From a virus (taxonomy: Duplodnaviria > Caudoviricetes): 46,424 nucleotides of DNA. The position numbers were made by a program, and so were the translations under genes. This document shows, piece after piece, positions 43,049 through 46,424 of the stretch. Position 1 is the first letter of the stretch, and each line of letters opens with the position of its first letter. The notes under the pieces are model-generated. The model did not search any database. It had not been told where the DNA came from and saw nothing but the letters and a program-made list of their open reading frames with translations. The stretch is taken from IMG/VR virus record IMGVR_UViG_3300037762_000087, positions 1 to 46,424 of that record; one strand, 5' to 3'.

Positions 43049-43486
43049 GGTTGAACGTGGGCATACAGGAGCTTTGTGACGCGCTGTTCAACGCCATGCG
43101 CGACACGCGCAAGCGCTACCACCTAAAGCTCGGTCAGTTGATCGAGCAGTTGCAGCGGTGTCATCCAGACATGAGCGTGCGCTTCGACGTGTCCGGGCAT
43201 CCTGGTCTGTTCGACAGCTACCGAGGATACTACGAAGACCTATCGATTGCGCCAACACGGAATCAAGTCACAGTGCGAACGCTGTTGTCCGAAGCCGTGA
43301 GGGCGCTCGGTGCGACCTTCACCGGCTATAAGGGCGGCGAGTATGTGATGGATGCTGACACGCCGCTGTGGATGGCCGAGTACGGACACTGCGGCCGAGC
43401 GGTCATCGCAGCAGACATCAGAGACGGTGAATTATGGCTCATCACGAAGGCAGACGAGGGCTGAGCAGTGGGGGCCAGTGAGGTTG
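43037..43486 (+). repeat. 17-bp exact direct repeat GGGGGCCAGTGAGGTTG (43037-43053; 43470-43486)
   Basis: Read directly; brackets ORF 43045-43464. Confidence 0.88.
43045..43464 (+). CDS. Conserved phage hypothetical protein
   Basis: LGQLIE.L, SYRGYYEDL, G.TFTGYKGGEY.M..DTPLW.A.YG. Confidence 0.7.
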   Translation: MRLNVGIQELCDALFNAMRDTRKRYHLKLGQLIEQLQRCHPDMSVRFDVSGHPGLFDSYRGYYEDLSIAPTRNQVTVRTLLSEAVRALGATFTGYKGGEYVMDADTPLWMAEYGHCGRAVIAADIRDGELWLITKADEG

Positions 43487-43617
43487 TGGACGCGGCACTG
43501 AGGGGCAGAGCCTCAGTAGAGAGTCGCGTAGGGCGCTGGGAACCCTGTGACCTGAGACTACGCCACAGGCCAAGGCAGGTGATCCAACAGTCGGATGCAA
43601 TCCGGCCCGCGTCCACA
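43485..43617 (+). ncRNA. tRNA-like structured ncRNA candidate
   Basis: 11-bp closing stem 43485-43495/43607-43617, a T-arm-like hairpin GTCGG-ATGCAAT-CCGGC next to it, and two internal hairpins. Confidence 0.55.
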
Positions 43618-43642
43618 GCAACCGTGAGAGGAGCAGGGGAGC

Positions 43643-43942
43643 ATGGCGACTGACGATCTCCGCGCCCTGACCGACGAGCAGCTAGCCGAGCGGCTGGAGC
43701 AGCTTGTCTACGTACGGCACGGGACGTACCGCATGAACGGTGAGATTGAACTAGAGGCCGTCCGTCGCTTGCGCGAGCGCCAGACGACGTGTGAATGGCT
43801 CTCGCCAGACAATGAAGCAGAATCAGCGTGGTCAACATCATGTGGGCGTCATTGGGAGTTCATGGATGGCGGGCCACTGGAGAATCGTGCGATGTTCTGT
43901 ATGGGGTGCGGCCGCATGGTCGCGATAGGCGTGCGCGAGTAG
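43643..43942 (+). CDS. Hypothetical protein with a C-terminal Cys motif
   Basis: GGGGAG RBS; TCEW..W.TSCG..FC.GCGR. Confidence 0.6.
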   Translation: MATDDLRALTDEQLAERLEQLVYVRHGTYRMNGEIELEAVRRLRERQTTCEWLSPDNEAESAWSTSCGRHWEFMDGGPLENRAMFCMGCGRMVAIGVRE

Positions 43943-43956
43943 GATGGGCCGTACTA

Positions 43957-44166
43957 ATGAGAACAGGCGCTGCGACACGCATGATTATCCATAGCGGTCC
44001 TGATAGTCACGGCCGGTATGTCTACACGCTGTTGTGGCTCACTAACTACCCTCCAGGCAATCTCGCTGGCGAGCAGCGTCGGTCGGAACGCGGACAAGTG
44101 TTTCATGCACGACTGCCGACGCGACAGCGGTTGGCTGAACTCGACCGAGATTGCCGGGAGGGCTGA
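43957..44166 (+). CDS. Hypothetical protein, paralog of 45823-46011
   Basis: H.GPD..GRYVYT..W...Y.PG...GE.RR.ERGQVFHA. Confidence 0.6.
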   Translation: MRTGAATRMIIHSGPDSHGRYVYTLLWLTNYPPGNLAGEQRRSERGQVFHARLPTRQRLAELDRDCREG

Positions 44167-44354
44167 TGTCTCGCACGGATCGTCTCGGCACCCAGCGCGA
44201 CGTGGAGGACTTGGCCGCTGCCGCCTTGCTCGACGCCATCACCAGTCATGCCCAGCGCACGGAGGCGGACTGGCAGCGACGGCTTAAGCAGGTAGCGGAG
44301 GCGGATCGAGCCGGGAGAACGAGGCCCGGCGCGTGCGTCGGGCAGGAGGGCTGA
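44166..44354 (+). CDS. Hypothetical protein
   Basis: GGAGGGCTGA junction at both ends. Confidence 0.45.
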   Translation: MSRTDRLGTQRDVEDLAAAALLDAITSHAQRTEADWQRRLKQVAEADRAGRTRPGACVGQEG

Positions 44355-44456
44355 ATGCTTATTGCGTTCATCGGCGGCGTGATCGGTGGCCTGCTTGGCT
44401 GGTTCGTCATTGGGCCGTGGATGTTGAGGCGCGAACAAAGACAGGGGAGGGGCTAA
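44355..44456 (+). CDS. Small TM peptide
   Basis: AGGAGG RBS; MLIAFIGGVIGGLLGWFVIGPW. Confidence 0.4.
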   Translation: MLIAFIGGVIGGLLGWFVIGPWMLRREQRQGRG

Positions 44457-44459
44457 CCG

Positions 44460-44663
44460 ATGGCGAAGCAGCCGCCGCGCGTGTGGGTGGTGGAGATGTG
44501 GGACGAGAATCGAAGACGGTGGGAGCCGTGCAGAGGCATCGGGCTTACGCGCGATGTTGCGCGAGAGGTTAGAGACGGTTGGGCAGCACGCAATCCCGAC
44601 GACCGATTTAACGTGGCCCGCTACGCCCGCGTGGAGCCGCCGAGACGGAGGGGGACGCGATGA
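44460..44663 (+). CDS. Hypothetical protein
   Basis: GGAGG RBS; VWVVE..WEP..F.VARY. Confidence 0.55.
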   Translation: MAKQPPRVWVVEMWDENRRRWEPCRGIGLTRDVAREVRDGWAARNPDDRFNVARYARVEPPRRRGTR

Positions 44664-44797
44664 CTGACACGTTTTGGAGAGGCGTGCTCGTCGGCGCAAC
44701 TATTGTTGCGATGCTCGGCCTGACTTGGGCCATCGGCTACGACCAAGGTGTTCAGCATGGCGTGCGGTTAGTAGATTGCGCTGAGGTTGAGCGATGA
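44660..44797 (+). CDS. Small TM protein
   Basis: GGAGG RBS, ATGA overlaps, one hydrophobic helix. Confidence 0.45.
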   Translation: MTDTFWRGVLVGATIVAMLGLTWAIGYDQGVQHGVRLVDCAEVER

Positions 44798-45129
44798 CCG
44801 ACCGAGACGCGGCGATCCGGCAGGCGCTCTACGATGGGCTATTCGACGCCACGATGATGGAAGTTGTTCGCGCCTCTGACGCCTATTTCAGAAACCGCCA
44901 ACCGTACCAACATAATCTTGAGGCTGGGAAAACGGAAGCCGTGGAGGCCCTGGTCCCCGTCGTGCGCCAGTTGGTGGACGAGGAACGGCTGGCGGTGCGG
45001 CGCGAGTTAACCGAGGCCGTCGAGCGATTCGAGGAGTCAGACGGCCGAGACATTGGTAAGTTGCTTGAGGTCATCGATCCGTGGCTGTTGCCCGTGACGT
45101 GGCCCGCCCCACCGCAGGAGCAGCCATGA
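44794..45129 (+). CDS. Hypothetical protein
   Basis: Coupled ORF in the array. Confidence 0.5.
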   Translation: MTDRDAAIRQALYDGLFDATMMEVVRASDAYFRNRQPYQHNLEAGKTEAVEALVPVVRQLVDEERLAVRRELTEAVERFEESDGRDIGKLLEVIDPWLLPVTWPAPPQEQP

Positions 45130-45650
45130 GCGAACGCCTAACGACGGAGCAGCTTGCCCTACTGAATCAATTCGTGTCCACGGCAACGCGGGTGAAGGAG
45201 CGCGCCGAGCAGGCCGAAGCCGAGCGGGACGAAGCGGTAGCGAAGCAGCGGATTGATGAGGCGCAGTGCGACGACATGACGGCCACGGCTGCGCGACTCG
45301 CTGAGCACGTGTCTCAGGCCGAAGCGAGAGAGCGGGCGCTGCGGGAGGCGCTGAAGGCCATCTACACAGCAGCAAGGGGCGATGAAAAGAGCGAGTGTTG
45401 GACGATTCGTCAGTGGCTTGATGCTCATGATGTCTTCAACGGGGACTTACAGGGCGCTGAGCGGCTGATTGCGGAAGCCTGCAAAGCCGCGCTGGCCGCC
45501 ACCCGAGAGGAGCCAGTCGTTAAGAAGCGTATTGGCCCGATTTCTGAATCGTGGGAGTGTTCGCGGTGTCACGCGGTGTCGGTCATTGGGCCTGAGCAAG
45601 TTCAGCACTACTCGAATTGCGCCACCCGAGAGGAGCCGACGACAGAATGA
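45126..45650 (+). CDS. Mosaic coiled-coil hypothetical protein
   Basis: AGGAG RBS; RAEQAEAERD, EARERALREAL, two ATREEP blocks. Confidence 0.55.
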   Translation: MSERLTTEQLALLNQFVSTATRVKERAEQAEAERDEAVAKQRIDEAQCDDMTATAARLAEHVSQAEARERALREALKAIYTAARGDEKSECWTIRQWLDAHDVFNGDLQGAERLIAEACKAALAATREEPVVKKRIGPISESWECSRCHAVSVIGPEQVQHYSNCATREEPTTE

Positions 45651-45826
45651 GCAACAAGGTGGTTCTGGTGCTGACGCGAGTCGAGGCCGATCACGTGTTG
45701 GCGTTGTTTCTCAATGAGCGCGATGACGGTACGTACTGGGGCCCAGTTATTCAGCATCATGCTCGGCAGGAGAGGATCATCAAGAAGCTCGAAGCGTTAT
45801 TGACGCGAGAGGATCCGACGACATGA
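45647..45826 (+). CDS. Hypothetical protein
   Basis: GAGGAG RBS, ATGA overlaps. Confidence 0.5.
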   Translation: MSNKVVLVLTRVEADHVLALFLNERDDGTYWGPVIQHHARQERIIKKLEALLTREDPTT

Positions 45827-46011
45827 GCCGAGACCGCATTGCCGTGCATCGCGGCCCAGATGAGCGCGGGCGCTACGTCTACACCCGGTTCTGGATCGCG
45901 GACTACCACCCTGGGCATCCAGACGGTGAGTATCGTCGTGCGGAACGCGGACAGGTGTTTCACGCCGCGATGCCACGACGCTCGGGACGACGAGAGGAGC
46001 CGACCCGATGA
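45823..46011 (+). CDS. Hypothetical protein, paralog of 43957-44166
   Basis: Shares GPD..GRYVYT..ERGQVFHA. Confidence 0.6.
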   Translation: MSRDRIAVHRGPDERGRYVYTRFWIADYHPGHPDGEYRRAERGQVFHAAMPRRSGRREEPTR

Positions 46012-46292
46012 CCCATGCTCAGCGGCAGGCGCTCGTGGAGAGGCTGGGGGAGGCCCTTTACTATGGGCTGAGCGATGCTGCCTTAGAGGCGCTCCTGCGT
46101 GATGTGCTCGCCCTGCTCCGCGCCGACGAGGCCGAGCCGCCAGCGACCCCAGCCCCGTCCAGACCAGCGGGCGGGGCTGCGAAGCCGACTACCGAAGAAC
46201 TTCTTGAAGCGGCCGATATGTGTGAAGCTCGGGGCTGGATTCCGTCCGCGTCTGCGCTGCGTGCCCTTGCGTTTAGTGAGCGAAAGGACTGA
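46008..46292 (+). CDS. Mosaic hypothetical protein
   Basis: N-terminus matches the ORF at 35697 (ALVERL..DVL.LLRADEAE). Confidence 0.55.
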   Translation: MTHAQRQALVERLGEALYYGLSDAALEALLRDVLALLRADEAEPPATPAPSRPAGGAAKPTTEELLEAADMCEARGWIPSASALRALAFSERKD

Positions 46293-46295
46293 CCG

Positions 46296-46424
46296 ATGCC
46301 TGACCCGACCCCGCCCGCGCCGCGCCTGACGGCTGAGCAGCGCACTCTACTGGCGATACTCACAGATCATCTCAAAGAGGAGTTCCCTGGCCGAGTGGGT
46401 AGTGGGCTCCTTTCAAGGAGCCCA
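46296..46424 (+). CDS. Hypothetical protein, truncated by the window end
   Basis: AAAGGA RBS, ATG 46296, open to the end of the window. Confidence 0.4.
   Translation, partial: MPDPTPPAPRLTAEQRTLLAILTDHLKEEFPGRVGSGLLSRSP

Larger units (their letters stand above)
1..46424 (+). mobile_element. Partial genome of a tailed phage or prophage (siphovirus-like, lambdoid gene order)
   Basis: Colinear connector, tail tube, tape measure, lysis, recombination, replication and methyltransferase modules; tightly coupled genes (ATGA/GTGA/TGATG overlaps); no host housekeeping genes. Confidence 0.95.

Noticed and set aside
43485-43617. Canonical tRNA or tRNA-Sec gene
   Set aside because: No TTCRA T-loop, no standard D-loop or anticodon arm, and too long; kept only as tRNA-like
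35679-46300. CRISPR array or integron attC cassettes explaining the repeated junctions
   Set aside because: The repeats are irregularly spaced, separated by whole genes and not palindromic; no cas gene or integron integrase is present
1-46424. Host assignment (some features suggest Acidobacteriota)
   Set aside because: Based only on GC richness and an impression of domain content; it needs spacer matches or homology searches

Overview
A GC-rich, nearly all plus-strand segment of a tailed phage or prophage of siphovirus/lambdoid type. Terminase, portal, major capsid and integrase genes are not in the window. From left to right: (1) a four-gene glycosylation cluster directly upstream of the head-tail joining genes, made of a sugar O-methyltransferase/GT-D fusion and three GT-A-like glycosyltransferases; (2) neck and tail genes: connector, head closure, HK97 gp10, DUF3168, tail tube, a frameshifted chaperone pair, tape measure, a Dit-like protein and a large tail-tip protein; (3) a lysis/envelope region with a TIGR02594-type peptidoglycan hydrolase, two glycoside-hydrolase-like proteins, membrane proteins and a G8-like beta-helix protein; (4) a second fibre/lectin module; (5) a divergent control region containing a dif-like site; (6) ERF/YqaJ/NinB recombination genes, replication genes and three DNA methyltransferase-like genes; (7) arrays of small accessory ORFs joined by repeated junction sequences. 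The strongest candidate for a new system is a phage-encoded virion glycosylation pathway. The tripeptide Gly-Ser-Pro appears 9 times, with varied codons, in six neck and tail proteins next to the glycosyltransferases, and may be the acceptor motif. Also notable are several structured intergenic RNAs (one tRNA-like), genes flanked by exact direct repeats, and two matching divergent promoter modules that appear to drive leaderless genes. All protein family calls come from reading motifs by eye; no searches were run.
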